From Octopus vulgaris (Eukaryota), in NCBI GenBank assembly GCA_951406725.2, contig OX597829.1, positions 58,280,001 to 58,344,000 on the forward strand: a stretch of DNA of 64,000 nucleotides, read 5' to 3'. Below the pieces are notes generated by a model that was not told the origin of the DNA, made no database searches, and was given only the letters and a program-made list of their open reading frames with translations. Positions 24,464 through 37,820 of the stretch are shown here, in pieces (positions within the stretch are counted from its first letter, which is position 1; each line of letters begins with the position of its first letter). The translations under genes were made by a program, and so were the position numbers.

Positions 24464-24935
24464 GTGCAATCCAGAAGTTTTGAGACTCTTGTTAGCAGAG
24501 GCAGTTATAAAGATTCTACATTATTGTAATTTTAGTATAACTCTACTATACATCAAATAAGCTGACCTGCCAACTTTTGTTATTCCAGATGGAAGAACAA
24601 AGCTGTAACAACACACCCTATTAATAGGCTGACCTGCTAACATTTTTTAAAACTCCAGATTGAAAGAGATGGCTCTAACTGCATTTTGACCACACCCTAC
24701 TGCTAATAAGCTGGCCTGCCATCTTTTATTATTCTAGACTAAAAATGACAGCTGTAATAGCATTTTGAACACACTTTACTAAACACTGCTTTTTATAACC
24801 ATGAGGTGCATTTCAGAAGTTCTGAAACTTTTCTTAGCAGAGGCAGTTATAACAATTCTAGATTATTGTAATTTTGGTTCAACATTATTAAATATCTAAC
24901 AAGCTGACCTGCCAACTTTTGTTATTCTACACTGA
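24464..24935. repeat. Intronic direct repeat (342-bp period) built from ~70-85-bp subrepeats
   Basis: GTGCA..CAGAAGTT.TGA.ACT at 24464 and 24806; AAGCTGACCTGCCAAC-like motif at ~24559, 24627, 24708, 24901. Confidence 0.75.
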
Positions 24936-25232
24936 AGGAGAATGTTTTATGTTTAAAATGGTCATATCTGGCCTCTCACACCAACCCTACAATATCAATT
25001 GTTCTTAGCATTTAAAATATTCAACCTGTTTTATGTTTAAACTGACCAGATCTGGCCTTTCACACCAAACTTAGATTTGACAGAGTAATCTAAATGCTAA
25101 AAGGTTAAGAAAAATCTAAAACAAAGATTTTATTGCTTAAAGAGAAAAACTTTGATGCCAATGTTATGTAAATAGGGACCCAGGAGTTGACGTCACAAAG
25201 AAGCAATGAAAGCTTTTAAAATTTTGACTTAC

Positions 25233-25306
25233 TTGCAAAGTATTACTCCATCTTTCAACTGTTGATGAAAACCAGTTTCTCCAAGTGGTACGCTACTGTC
25301 TTCTCC
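25233..25306 (-). CDS. Myophilin-like coding exon 3: GEDSSVPLGETGFHQQLKDGVILC(K)
   Basis: CCACAG acceptor, 74 nt, GTAAGT donor (phase 2); LKDGVILC is the CH-domain signature. Confidence 0.93.
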
Positions 25307-26248
25307 CTGTGGAGTAGATAGATTAAATAAATAATTTTAGTTCTGTAAAGTGGTTGGCATTAGGAAGAGCAGCCAGTCATAAAAGTCATACCCAAGCCGA
25401 CAGCAGAGCTTGGTGTAGTCCTCTGTCTTGCCAGCCAGGTCCTGTCAAACCATCCAACCCATGCCAGCATGGAAAATGGATATTAGATGATGATAATGTT
25501 AATCAAATTATATAAATATATATCTAATATAATCTGTCCAGCTGAGATAGCCTTGTATCTCCTCTACTGCAAGACACCCTATTTCCTCCCCATCATCATC
25601 TGGCACAAAGCCATCTTCCTCAATACTACTTCCCCTTTCAGTCAAAAGGTCCTTTGTTTTGCAAAGTATTTGGCAACCTCACTGATGCTGGTGCCACTAC
25701 ACTCTGTTAAGTGGTTGGTGCTAGGAAGTGTATCCAGCAGTAGAAACCATGCCACATCAGGTTTATCAGCTTATGATGATGATGTTGGTGATGATGACAA
25801 TGATGATGTCATTGATGATAATGATGATGATGACGGGAGAATGAGATGTGGCTCTTACAAAGACCATTGGACAAATGCACGGTGCTACATGTAGGTGCTA
25901 CATGTAGGTGGAAGATGACAACTCATGAACGGTGTGAAAAAAGACAGAAGCTCATCTATTATGGCCACATTTGAAGAAGCAAACATTATCTGAAAACATT
26001 AACATAAAAGGAAGAGCAGAGGGAAATGATATGAGATGTGAAGAGCTGGATGGAACAAAAGTGGGAGGGTGTCCCAATTCATTGCAGGGAATCAGGAAGA
26101 CTTTCATTCTAACGTCATCGAAACAATGCAGCAGGGTACATCACAATGTCGACTCTTTTGGTCAAATTATAGAAGATTGATGAGGACAGGCAAACAGGAT
26201 TGAATGTAATAAACCATTCCACTGTACAACAATTGAAAAGATACATAC

Positions 26249-26323
26249 CAACTGTTCTCCAATAACACCTTCAATCCAAACTCTGGCTTGCTGCTCTAAC
26301 TCTACATCATACTTTTTCTTCAT
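26249..26323 (-). CDS. Myophilin-like coding exon 2: MKKKYDVELEQQARVWIEGVIGEQL (start of CH domain)
   Basis: TTTCAG acceptor, 75 nt, GTATGT donor; phase 0/0; KYD..LE..AR.WI motif of calponin-homology domains. Confidence 0.93.
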
Positions 26324-26695
26324 CTGAAAGGGAGAACAAGAGAAATACATGAGGACGAGTGTCATATATATATATATATATATATAAACACATACACAAA
26401 CACACATATATATGTACATATACATATATATATACACATACACACATGCACATAAATATATATACACATACATATCAATAATATAATTTAAGAACAAACA
26501 TTGAATTCAGGTTAACAAACTTTATACATCCATGCTTCTACATTTCATTACATATAAATGATTCCATGCCTTTTAAATGTAAAAAAGAAAACACCAGGAA
26601 CAAACAATATATATAAAAAAATATAAAATATGAAAGAAACGTAATTTGTAATTTATTTCTTGCTATACATAAATATATATATAAACACATATACA

Positions 26696-26747
<52 letters not shown>

Positions 26748-26858
26748 ATATATATATATATATAGCACAACTACAATAAGGAAAACAACAAGAAATTGTC
26801 AGGTAGATAGCGTGAAAATCGGCTTAAGCGGGCAGGGTGTTTATTTATGATACATTCA

Positions 26859-26904
26859 GGCCTGCTGATGAATACGTAAGTATGAAATCACTGTGATACA
26901 GGTC
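26859..26904 (+). ncRNA. Type I hammerhead motif with intact core, antisense to the host intron
   Basis: GGCCTG CTGATGA ATAC-GTAA-GTAT GAAA TCAC-T-GTGA TA|CAGGTC; GNRA-capped stem II; predicted cleavage after 26898. Confidence 0.8.
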
Positions 26905-27060
26905 TATATTTTTAAATGTCTTACTTTGAAAAATTGCATTCGGTGGGATTAGTAATATTTTTGGTAGAAATGACTAATTGTCCCTCTTAGCGTGTGGCAT
27001 GTATGTATAATGCCCTCTGGCATGTATATAATGCCCTCTGGCATGTATGTATATGCCCTC

Positions 27061-27092
<32 letters not shown>

Positions 27093-27099
27093 AATAAAG

Positions 27100-27446
27100 T
27101 GAAGGCGCATGGCTCAGTGGTTAGAGCGTCGAGCTTACGATCGTGAGGTTGTGAGCTCGAATCCCGGACGGGGCTGTGTGTTGTGTTCTTGAGCAAGGCA
27201 CTTTATTTCACGTTGCTCCAGTTCACTCAGCTGTAGAAATGAGTTGCAACGTCACGGGTGCCAAGCTGTATCGACCTTTGTCTTTCCCTTGGATAACACT
27301 GGTGGCATGGAGAGGGGAGGCCGGTATGCATGGGCGACTGCTGGTCTTCCATAAAAAAACAACCTTGCCCAGACTTGTGCCTCAGAGGGTAACTCTCTAG
27401 GTGCAAACCCATGGTCAGTGCCTGACCGAAGGGGGTCTTTACCCTT
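27100..27446 (+). mobile_element. tRNA-derived SINE, full length
   Basis: A box TGGCTCAGTGG; B-box-like GAGCTCGAATCCC; central GTGTTCTTGAGCAAGGCACTT domain; inserted in (TA)n. Confidence 0.8.
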
Positions 27447-27729
27447 TATATATAAATACGTATATATAAATACACATATATATATATACATATCAACTAC
27501 ATATGTGGAAATTCTGTCTGTCGTTGTGTTTGTGGCGTTGTTAGCTAACTCCTCCTACATCGTTTTATTGATTTTGATGAAACTTGATATGTGAGTAGAA
27601 CTCATGTCTGGAAACCTTGTGAGATACTTAGATTGTTGAAAAAATTGATAATACGGCCTCTGGAAGGGACCTTTATATCTAACTCATATAACTAATTTTT
27701 TTAACACCCAAAAGAAATAACCTATAGCA

Positions 27730-28618
27730 TCTGCTGAGGACATGTGTAAGCTTGCAAGGAATGAATCCAGTATGATCCAATGGATGTGTAATGTCAGTGT
27801 GCATACTCGACAGTGTGTAAGTACCTTGAAAGATAAGCTGGACCTAAGAAGCATCAGATGTAGTGTGCAGGAGAGACGTTTGCGCTGGTATGGTCATGTG
27901 GCGAGAATGGCTGAAGATAGGTGTATGAAAAAGTGCCACACCCTAGCGGTTGAGGGAACATGTGGAAGAGGTAGACCCAGTAAAACCTGGGATGAAGTGG
28001 TGAAGCACGACCCTCGAACATTAGGCCTCACAGAGGAAATGACTAGAGACCGAGACCTTTGGAAATATGCTGTGCTTAAGAAGACCCTGCAAGCGAAATG
28101 AGACCATAACCTCGTGGCCTATGCCAGGAGCATAACCAGCCCACTTACGTGTACCTTTCCTTCATTGGACACTAAACTCTGCTTGCGAAGACCTGTTGAG
28201 GCAAGTGAGAATCAGAATTGAAATCAAATTCGATGACTGGCACCCGTGCTAGTGGAGCACTAAGAGCACCATCCGAGCGTGATCATTGCCAGAGTGGCTA
28301 AAAGGCATTCGTGCCGGTGGATCGTAAAAGGCACCTTTCAAGCGTGATCATTACCAGTGTTGCCTTGCTGGCACCTGTGCTGGTGTGCAGGTGACACGTA
28401 AAAAAAAAAAAACATGATTTTCCGTGACTGTTGCCAGTACCACCTGACAAGCCCCACTACACTCACGGAGTGGTTGGTGTTGGGAAGGGCATCCAGCTGT
28501 AGAAACTCTGCCAGATCAAGATTGAAGCCTGGTGCAGCCATCTGGTTTGCCAGCCCTCAGTCAAATCGTCCAACTCATGCCAGCATAGAAAGCAGATGAT
28601 AAACGATGATGATAATGA
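27730..28618 (+). mobile_element. RTE LINE 3' end with full 3'UTR and (GAT)n tail
   Basis: ORF 27742-28101 nearly identical to the C-terminus of the 16025-16654 ORF. Confidence 0.92.
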
Positions 28619-29290
28619 CATATATATACATATACATACATATATACATACATATATATATACACATACATATATATATGTATATACATATATAAATATA
28701 TATATATACATATATAAATATATATATATACATATATAAATATATATACACATACACATATATATATGCATATATATATCCATATCCATATACATATATA
28801 TATATATATATATATACATATGTATATACATACGTATATATATGTATATTTACATATGAATATACATATATATACATATACATAAATATATATACATATA
28901 CTAACTTGGAAGAGAATGTGTGGCATTCAATCATATAATATATATATGCATATATACATATGTATATGTACATACTTACATGTATACATATATATACGCA
29001 TGCACACACACACATATATGCATATGTGGGCACAAGAAGTCAATGAAACATTTACAACAAAAAAAGTTCAAAGCACAAATACATGGAACATGAATTATTC
29101 TTTTGAACAATGAAAGACACAAAAGACACAAATGGAAAACAAAACAAACAACATAAAGAACGACCCCTCATCAGTTGTTGGCTGTTTTTCTAGTCTCGTA
29201 TTTCAAACATTTAATAACATTATACGCTTTCGATAAAACAGTTGCTTCCACAAAGTGAATTAAATAACTATACATACATACATATATATG

Positions 29291-29322
<32 letters not shown>

Positions 29323-29827
29323 TATATACATATAAATATACATATATAAATTTACATACATATACAGATATATACATACATAAATTTACGTCGGTGGCAC
29401 ATAAAAACACCATCCGAGCGTGGCCGTCTGCCAGCCTCGTCTGGCATGTGTCGGTGGCACATAAAATCACCCACTACACTCGGAGTGGTTGGCGTTAGGA
29501 AGGGCATCCAGCTGTAGAAACACTGCCAGATCTGACTGGCCTGGTGCAGCCTTCTGGCCTCACAGACCCCAGTTGAACCGTCCAACCCATGCTAGCATGG
29601 AAAGCGGACGTTAAATGATGATGATGATATACATATATTTACATATATATATTTACACACACACATATATAGATACACATATATATACACATATATATAT
29701 ATATACATATATATATACATATATATATTCACACACACACACATATATATATACACACATATATATATATTCACACACATACATATATATACACACAAAC
29801 ATATATATACACACAAACATATATATT

Positions 29828-29883
<56 letters not shown>

Positions 29884-30012
29884 CACACATCCAGCTGTAG
29901 AAATACTGCTAGATCAGACTGGAGCCTGGTGCAGCCTCCTGGCTTCCCAGACCTCAGTGGAACCGTCCAATCCATGCCAGCATGGAAAGTGGGCGTTAAA
30001 AGATGATGATGA

Positions 30013-30051
<39 letters not shown>

Positions 30052-30254
30052 ACAAATATTTTAAAAAGTATATGTAAAGTGTGTGCATTTTCCTTCTTTA
30101 ATTTCTTATATTTATTAAAACCATGAGAGGATAATTGAAATTCCTCCCTTTCTGTTACTATATAAAGTCAATCGAAACAAGAATAAGTAAGAAAAAACAA
30201 TAACGCGAGTACTTGTACTGTGTTATTGGATGCTCAGGAAAGGAAAGAAAGAGG

Positions 30255-30289
30255 ATTTCACGTTTTGAGTGGAGTTCTTCATCAGAAAT
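30255..30289 (-). ncRNA. Degenerate minimal hammerhead in solo PLE pLTR fragment (~30170-30355)
   Basis: ATTT CTGATGA A GAAC-TCC-ACTC AAAAC GTG AAAT; GAAA changed to AAAA. Confidence 0.4.
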
Positions 30290-31237
30290 ATAGAAAAAGT
30301 CCAAAGAAGGGAAGACGGAGAAAGAAAATTGCCAACGATACACATGAGGTCACATACACATAAACATATATAATGGGCTTCTTTCAGTTTCTATCTACCA
30401 AATCCACTCACAAGACTTTGATGAACTTGAGGCTATAACAGAAGACACTTGCCTAAGGTGCCACACAGTGGGATTGAACCTAGAACCATGTGGTTGGGAT
30501 GCAGCCATGCCTGCACCATAAGTGATTATATTTCATTAAAAAGAATATTTGTGTTGCGTGAATAGCAAAGCAAACGAGCTGAAAGGTTGTTGTGTTAATT
30601 TGTACGAGTGTTGTTAACTGTTAACTAGATATGGATTGTAGACAATGAGTTATTTGAAAGCTGTGGTGAGGAAGCAGGAGGGTGCGGAAGACACAATACT
30701 ATTTAACTTAAAGAGTTGTTAAGGTTTTATCTGAAGATATTGTCATTGAAATACATAGAAGCACGCTCCTCACGTATACACTGGCAAAAACACACACACT
30801 ACACACTTAGCTAAACAGCAAGCTTAAGGACAGATGATTTTTTGTGATAATGAGTCACTTGACAAATACATGCCCTCCACACACACACACACACACACAT
30901 TCTTATAGTTTTTATATACTTTTACTAGTTTCAGTTATTTGACTGTGACCATGCTGGGGCACCACCTTGAAGAATCTTTAGTCTAATGAATCAACAGCAG
31001 GACTTAATCTTTTTAAAGCTTGCAACTTATTCTATCAGTCTCTTTTGGCAAACAACTAAGTTATGGTGATCTAAACAAACGAACACCAGTTGTCAAGTGA
31101 TGGCAGGAGACAAACATGGACACAATGACACACAGATTACATATAAACGTAGTGAGAATTCACAAAAAAACAAAAGACGAAGTTGGGTGTGTAAACATCA
31201 ACAGATGTATTGGTTTAACACTTGGGAAGTGAAAAAG

Positions 31238-31275
31238 TCTTTTACGTTTCGAGCCTACACCCTTCGACAGAAAGG
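31238..31275 (-). ncRNA. Minimal hammerhead-like variant in solo PLE pLTR fragment (~31150-31500)
   Basis: CCTTT CTGTCGA A GGGT-GTAG-GCTC GAAAC GTA|AAAGAC; same family as 3053-3091. Confidence 0.5.
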
Positions 31276-31813
31276 AAAACAGAAAAAGGTTTAGTGGCAA
31301 GCGATCTATCATGGCGAAAGCTGGACAGAGGTGGTCAGACAGGAGAGCTAGGAAGAAGGGGAGATAATAAAGTAATGGTGATCCCAAAACGAAGGTATGC
31401 ATGCATGTGTGTGTGTGTGTGTGTGTAGAAGGGGGCTGGTGACATTGACGTTGTGTGGGTGCATGTGTAGATGTGTGGATGATGGTGTAGTGCTATGTAT
31501 ATGTATGTATGTATATATAAATACACATACACACATACATGATAGGCTTCTTTCAGTTTCCATCTCCCAAATCCACTCACGAGGCTATGGTCAGCCTGAA
31601 GCTATAGTAGAAGACAGTTGCCCAAGGAGTAATGCCGTAGACTGAACCCGGAACCATGTATTTGAGAAACCAGTTTATTACTACACAACCACTCCTATAC
31701 ATACGCAGATACACTTGTATATAAACAGTGAATTTATGAGCGGATGGTTTTTTGTGATAACGATTAATCCCACAAGTATATATATACATAAATGGCGAGG
31801 AAATGAGAGTGGG

Positions 31814-31850
<37 letters not shown>

Positions 31851-33211
31851 TACACTTATGCATAAACAGTGAACTTATGAACAGATGAAGTTTCATGATA
31901 ATGATTTAGTTCCACAACTTTATGCACATGTCTATGTGTATATAAGTAGATATATACACACACATAAATGGTGAGAAAATGAGAGTGAAGGAGTGAAGGA
32001 AAATGTGTGACTGCACAATGGAGAAATAGAAAGAGAGCAAGAAAAGAGAGAGAGAGGGAGAGATTGATAGGATGGGAAAGATGGCGAGGACAAGAAACAA
32101 GGATGCTGATGTGTAGGGAGTAGTGATGAGAAGTTGGGGAGAGCTGGCAGTGTACAATGGGAGCAGATATAAAGTAACTTGAGATTTTGCGACATTTACT
32201 GCCGATTCTAATTTATCAGAGATTCTGGAAGTGGTGAAAAGAGAGGGGGAAATTCCTTTCATACTTAAGACCAAGTCTGAGATCTTGCAGCCCTCAAAAG
32301 GCAGAAATCTGCTTTAAGCACCCCATATAACCCCTCAAAACTTTTTATTTTTTGGAATTTTCAGAAAACTTTTGCAAATTCGTGTTCTTCACACAGGAAT
32401 ACTGGAAAAAAAAATTTTCTTGAAATTTAAAAATTTTGATATTTTTAAACTACAGTTTGAATTTTTGCTGAAATCCCAGCAACAGACTATTAAATGTGTT
32501 TATGGGGAGAAAGATGTTGAAAAGCATCAATATGTCAAACAAGAAAGATATCAAGTGGTTGTGAGATGTACTAAAAATAACAGTTAATAGCCCTTAAGTC
32601 ACACACAAAAATTTTGTTAGCTTGGTTCTGCATAATCATATTCCTGGGTGTAGAACACAAATTCACAAATATTTTCTGAAAATTCTGAAAAATAAAAAAA
32701 CGTATGAGGGGTTATACAGAGTACTTAAAGCAGAATTCTACCTGTGAAGGTACCCAAAAGTCAGAGGATTAAATAGTGTAACAAATTTAATCCTTTAGCA
32801 TTTAAACAGCCATCACTGGCCCTAATATTCTGTTTTATATACAAACAGACCAGATTTGGTCTCTTACACCTACCCTGCAATGTCATTTGTTTTCACCATT
32901 TAAAGCGGCCATATCTGGCACAAATATTCTACCTGTTTTATGTTCACACAGGCCAGATCTGATCTCTCACACCTACCCTACACTGACATTATAAATATAA
33001 ACAATCACATCATTGAAATTCCTAAACTACAACATTAATTGAAAACAATGTCAATATATAAGCATTGCATTTGACAGAATAATTTGAATGCTAAAGGGTT
33101 AGATGTATGCACACACGCACACATATGTATACATATAAACACACACATATATATGTATGTATACACACACACACACACGTATATTTATGTATGTATATAC
33201 GCACACACACA

Positions 33212-33619
33212 TTCTTTTACTTGTTTCAGTCATTTGACTGTGGCCATGCTGGAGCACCAGCTTTAGTCGAGCAAATCGACCCCAGGACTTATTCTTTGTA
33301 AGCCTAGTACTTATTCTATCGGTCTCTTTTGCTGAACAGCTAAGTTACGGGGATGTAAACACACCAGCATCGGTTGTCAAGCGATGTTGGGTGGTGAGGA
33401 CAAAGACACACAAACATATACACACACACACACACACATATATATACATACATATATACGATGGGCTTCTTTTAATTTCCGTCCACCAAATCCACTCACA
33501 AGGTTTTGCACGGCCCGAGGCTATAGTAGAAGACACTTGCCCAAGGTGCCACGCAGTGGGACTGAACCTGGAACCATGTGGTTGATAAGCAAGCTACTTA
33601 CCACACACCCACTCCTGCA

Positions 33620-33622
<3 letters not shown>
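33212..33622 (-). mobile_element. tRNA-like SINE-A with internal microsatellite (other copies ~30370-31110, 31540-31705, 33700-33865, 34940-35125, 36436-36820, 42040-42190, 57790-58085, 58888-59225)
   Basis: Head GCAGGAGTGG..TGTGGTAAG..CCACATGGTTCC.GGTTCAGTCCCACTGCGTGGCACCTTGGGCAAGTG; tail CCAGCATGGCC.CAGTCAAATGACTGAAAC. Confidence 0.8.
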
Positions 33623-33671
<49 letters not shown>

Positions 33672-35244
33672 TATATAAATATATATATATATATATATAC
33701 GCACAGGTGTAGCATGTGTTAAGAAGCTTGCTTCCCTTCCCAACCACATGGGCCCAGGTTCAGTCTCCCTGTGTGGCCCTTTAAGCAAATTTCTTCTACT
33801 ATAGCATTGACCCAAATAAAGCCCTTGTGAGTGAATTTGGTAGACAGAAACTGAAAGAATCCTGTCATGTGTGCGTGTGTGTGTGTATATATATATATAT
33901 ATATGTGTGTGTGTCCATGTTACTCCACTTTGGACTGATTTTGGCACTACGTACTTATAAACCATGGGAGAAGCCTGAAACTAGAGAAAGAAAAAGAAAT
34001 TTGTGCAAAAAGGTGTGAGTTAAGTTAGATTTGGCTATTATTTCTAGCAAATCTTATGACCAGCTTCCTCGTTTCTTTGTTACTTTCACATGTATTGATG
34101 TCTTTCAATATTTTTCTCCTTATAAACATATTTATACTATTAAAAAACAATTTGAAGATTTATGATTTTTTCAACCCCCTTCCTACCCTTGATTGTTTCT
34201 GTTTATAATTTTATCATATTGGAGAGCCTGAGAAGGTCATTACGGGAATTTATCCACAGTGATTTAAAGAAGCTATTTAAAAGCTAATTTATTTTAATAA
34301 TGTACTTTTCTGTTAGTAAAGATGTCTTTTCTTTCTTATACACCCCCTGCTTAGTTGGGATGGGGAGTTAAAAACATGTGGTCGTAGGATGTACTACAAA
34401 AAAAAACAGCCAAATCTCCCTTATATCACACACCTTCTCATCTGAAAATATTTACAAAATTTTCATTTATTGGAAAAATCCCCTTCAAAAGAGAGAAAAT
34501 CCAACTTATGTGGGCGCCCTTATTTGAAACTCTGCCTCATGATTAAATGATAAAAATGAATCAAGTCATTTGCCTGATGTTCCATGCAACAGAAACAAGC
34601 ACGTAATCTAGTATTGAAGTGATACTCGAAAGGAATACGGCCTTGCATGGAAACGAGAGTTGACAACAGGAGGAGGGGGAGCAATTTGTTGTAGAAAAGC
34701 TACCTCAGTAAAGTATGTCCAACCCATACAAGTATGGAAAAGTGGATTGTTAGAATGATATCTGTTGGTTGCAAACAGGGGAATGTTGGTAAGAGGAAGG
34801 GCATCCGGTCATCACACAACTGTTTCAACATACTCTGCCCAGCCCATACAAGCATGGAAAATGGGCATTAAAATGATATCTGTTATATATTGCTTAGAAA
34901 TAGGTGAGGGAACATCAACTTGTATCTTGTACCTTTTAATCTTTACTTGGCTTAGTCATTGCATTATGGCACCACCTTGCTATGGCACCATGCTGGGGCA
35001 TCACTTTGAAAGTTTTAGTCAAATACTTAAACCCCAATATTTTACTTATTCTATCTGTCACTTTTTGTCAAAAGTGCTGAGTTACAGGGATGTAAACAAA
35101 GCAACACTGCTTGTCAAGCAGTGGTGAAGAATGGACACAAAGACACATACAGATAGAAAGATATACTGATAGATAGACAGACAAATAGAGAGATAAACAC
35201 AGAGAGACAGATAGACAAAAAGATAAATAGACAGACAGATAACC

Positions 35245-35822
35245 GACATATGCTTCAACCGAAGATTGGTCCAGGCCCAGCACCACCTGATAGGATTATC
35301 TAAATCCTTTTTAAATCAAGTTTTGTTTATGGTCCATTCAAGTAGTGAGTTCTTGTTGGGTGGGCTGTATCCAATTATGGGTGGCTTATCTGGTATTCCT
35401 TGAAGGAATCTATCCAGACTCCGTTTAAAGGTGATGGGATCCTTTTCCTCTTTGATCTCTTTCGAGACAATGTTAAATAGGGCAGGGCCTGTTGAGGAAA
35501 AGAAATTATGTTGCAGTGTACATGTATGCTGTGATCCTGAATTGGGCAGGAGACGTATGGCCCGTGGTCCCAGTCTTGGATGAACCTTGAAACTAATGTT
35601 CAGGTCGTTTGGGCAAAGTTGGCGGTATATTCTCCACATCGTACAAATGATGTTACGCTCACGGCGACGCTGGAGAGAGTAGAGTTTCAAGGCTTTAAGG
35701 CGATCCCAATAATCGAGAGCAGCCATGCCTTCAATTCGTTTAGTGAGTGCCCTCTGGGGTGATTCAATCCTTGAGATGCTTTGTCTTGTATGGGGAGACC
35801 ACAGTGGGCAGCAGTATTTGAT
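35245..35822 (-). mobile_element. CR1/L2-group LINE 3' end
   Basis: YCCPLWSPH..IE..QR..TK.I.GM..LDYWDRLKALKLYSLQRRRER; FK..LD.FL..IPD.P. Confidence 0.88.
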
Positions 35823-35930
35823 AGATAGAGAGATAAAGAGAGAGACAGGCAGACAGACAGACACAGACATATATAGATACATAGATAGACAAACACACAG
35901 ACAGACGGAAAGGTAGGCAGGCAGATAGGC

Positions 35931-35965
<35 letters not shown>

Positions 35966-35980
35966 AAGATAGATAGATAA

Positions 35981-36020
<40 letters not shown>

Positions 36021-36130
36021 GTAGGTAGGTAGGTAGGTAGGTAGGTAGGTAGGTACTTATACACTCATGTTGCAAGTTCTATTTTTCTTGCCTGCATTGC
36101 CAACACTATAAACACACACACACACACACA

Positions 36131-36355
36131 TTGCTTAATACATACAGTATACAGTTATGAACTACTAAAAGTTTCATACATTGGAGATGTTTTCTAGGCA
36201 GGTTTTAATAACACCTGCCTAGTTTCTCCAGGCAAATTTCAGGCTCAAGATTACTTGGAGACATTAGGCAGGTGTTATTAAAACCTGCCAAGAAAACATC
36301 TCCAGTGTATGAAACTATTAGTAGTTCATAGCTATATGCTGTGCGCATTAAGCAA
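36131..36355. repeat. Near-perfect ~225-bp palindrome (MITE family B)
   Basis: TTGCTTAAT...GGCAGGTTTTAATAACACCTGCCTA / TAGGCAGGTGTTATTAAAACCTGCC...ATTAAGCAA. Confidence 0.85.
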
Positions 36356-36978
36356 TATTTATCTCTTACTGAATGGATTATTTTTTTTGTTGATATTACC
36401 TAAATGAGAAAGTAAAATAAATATATATATATATATCTTCTTTTACTTGGTTCAGTCATTTGGCTGTGGCTAAGCTGGGGCACTGCCTTGAAGGGTTTTA
36501 ACCAAACAAACCGACACTAGAACTTAATATTTTTAAGCCTAGTAATTATTCTATCGGTCTCTTTGCCGAACCACTAAGTTACGGGAACAAATGCACCAAC
36601 ACTGGTTGTCAAGTGATGGGGTGTGTGTGTGACAAACACAGACACAAAGACACACATATATATACATATATAATGAGATTCTTCCAGTTTCTGTCTACCA
36701 AATCCATTCACAAGGCTTTGGTCAGCCTGAGGCTATAGCAGAAGACACTTGCCCAAGGTGCCATGCAGTGGGATTGAACCTGGAAGTAAACTTCTTATCA
36801 TACACCCATGCTTGTTCCTACAGAAGACAGTTTCAGAGAACCAAATATTCCATGTGAAATGTGGCAGGATTTGGAAAATAGTGATATTTGAATGTCTACA
36901 CTACATGTATCAAATGTCATGCTGAGAAATACATTATTCATAAAATTTTATACACAAAGTGATAGAAGATCAACTTAC

Positions 36979-37029
36979 TTTTCTAGTAATGTCTGCACTT
37001 AGACCAAAACCTCGAGGTCTATTTGCCAT
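36979..37029 (-). CDS. Calponin-family (myophilin/Mp20/transgelin-like) gene, coding exon 1: MANRPRGFGLSADITRK
   Basis: Read manually. Polypyrimidine tract and TTAG acceptor; exon starts 37035 (GTCATA-ATG); 51 coding nt, then GTAAGT donor at 36978 (phase 0). The N-terminus M-A-N-R-P-x-G-F-G-L-S is typical of transgelin/myophilin. Confidence 0.9.
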
Positions 37030-37292
37030 TATGACCTAAGAAGTAGAGGAAAAGAAAACATTAGTACATCTCTGTAATTAGTTTATTTTGTTTTAGGGAT
37101 TAGGAGAAACATAAAATTCTCATACTCTTTAAAGAATGATAAATAAAAGTACATTTATGGATGTAGAGGCTTTTATGCTTCTCTCAAGGATATTTAACAG
37201 TGTAAGTCAACAAGAATGGTTTCAAACAAGAAATTAGGATTTGGTTACACAAAATACTGCAGCTGCATGTTTTTAACAACACTCATGCATTA

Positions 37293-37820
37293 AGTAGGTT
37301 TGATCAAAAAGTAATTGGACTGTTGCCATGGTAATAGAGCTAAAGTATGCAGAGTAAAGCCACTTAGCACAAAACGACCTTGAACTCTGTCATGCATGCA
37401 CCCTCAGTCACGATTCTCCCATTCACTTCTGTTGTTGGAAGTAAAGTGCTTGGAAGTAAAGTGTGGCCATCTCAAAAAGAGAATCAGGTTTCAGATGTTC
37501 AGGATCTCCTTGATTGAATTAAAAAGTGTAACAGGAGACAATTCATGGATCTATAGTTGTGACACTGAAACTAAGGCTCGGTCTCTGCAGTGGAAGATCT
37601 CAACAAGATTTCAAGATGTTGAAGAAATCCAAGAGAATGTGAAAAGGCAGTTGCTTGCTATCATTCTCCACTGGAATGATTCTGTTGATGGAAATGATGC
37701 TGGATAAAATATGTAGCTTCAGAAACAGGTCATTTTGAAGGAGATTAGCTGCTGAATTGACATGTGTTGTAATTTTCTTTTTATAGAACCACTTCCTGAT
37801 AAATTCTGATCAGGCCTCAT
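37293..37820 (+). mobile_element. Internally deleted mariner (DD34D) relic
   Basis: VTGDNSWIY..D.ETK..S.QWK fused to RFQDVEEIQ; inverted ends AGGTTTGATCAAAAA / AATTCTGATCAGGCCT. Confidence 0.7.

Noticed and set aside
26996-27061. Three 21-bp repeats as a CRISPR-like array
   Set aside because: Contiguous tandem minisatellite without spacers, in eukaryotic DNA.
29160-29185. CTGATGA-GGGG on the minus strand as a hammerhead
   Set aside because: No stem II closure or GAAA found downstream.
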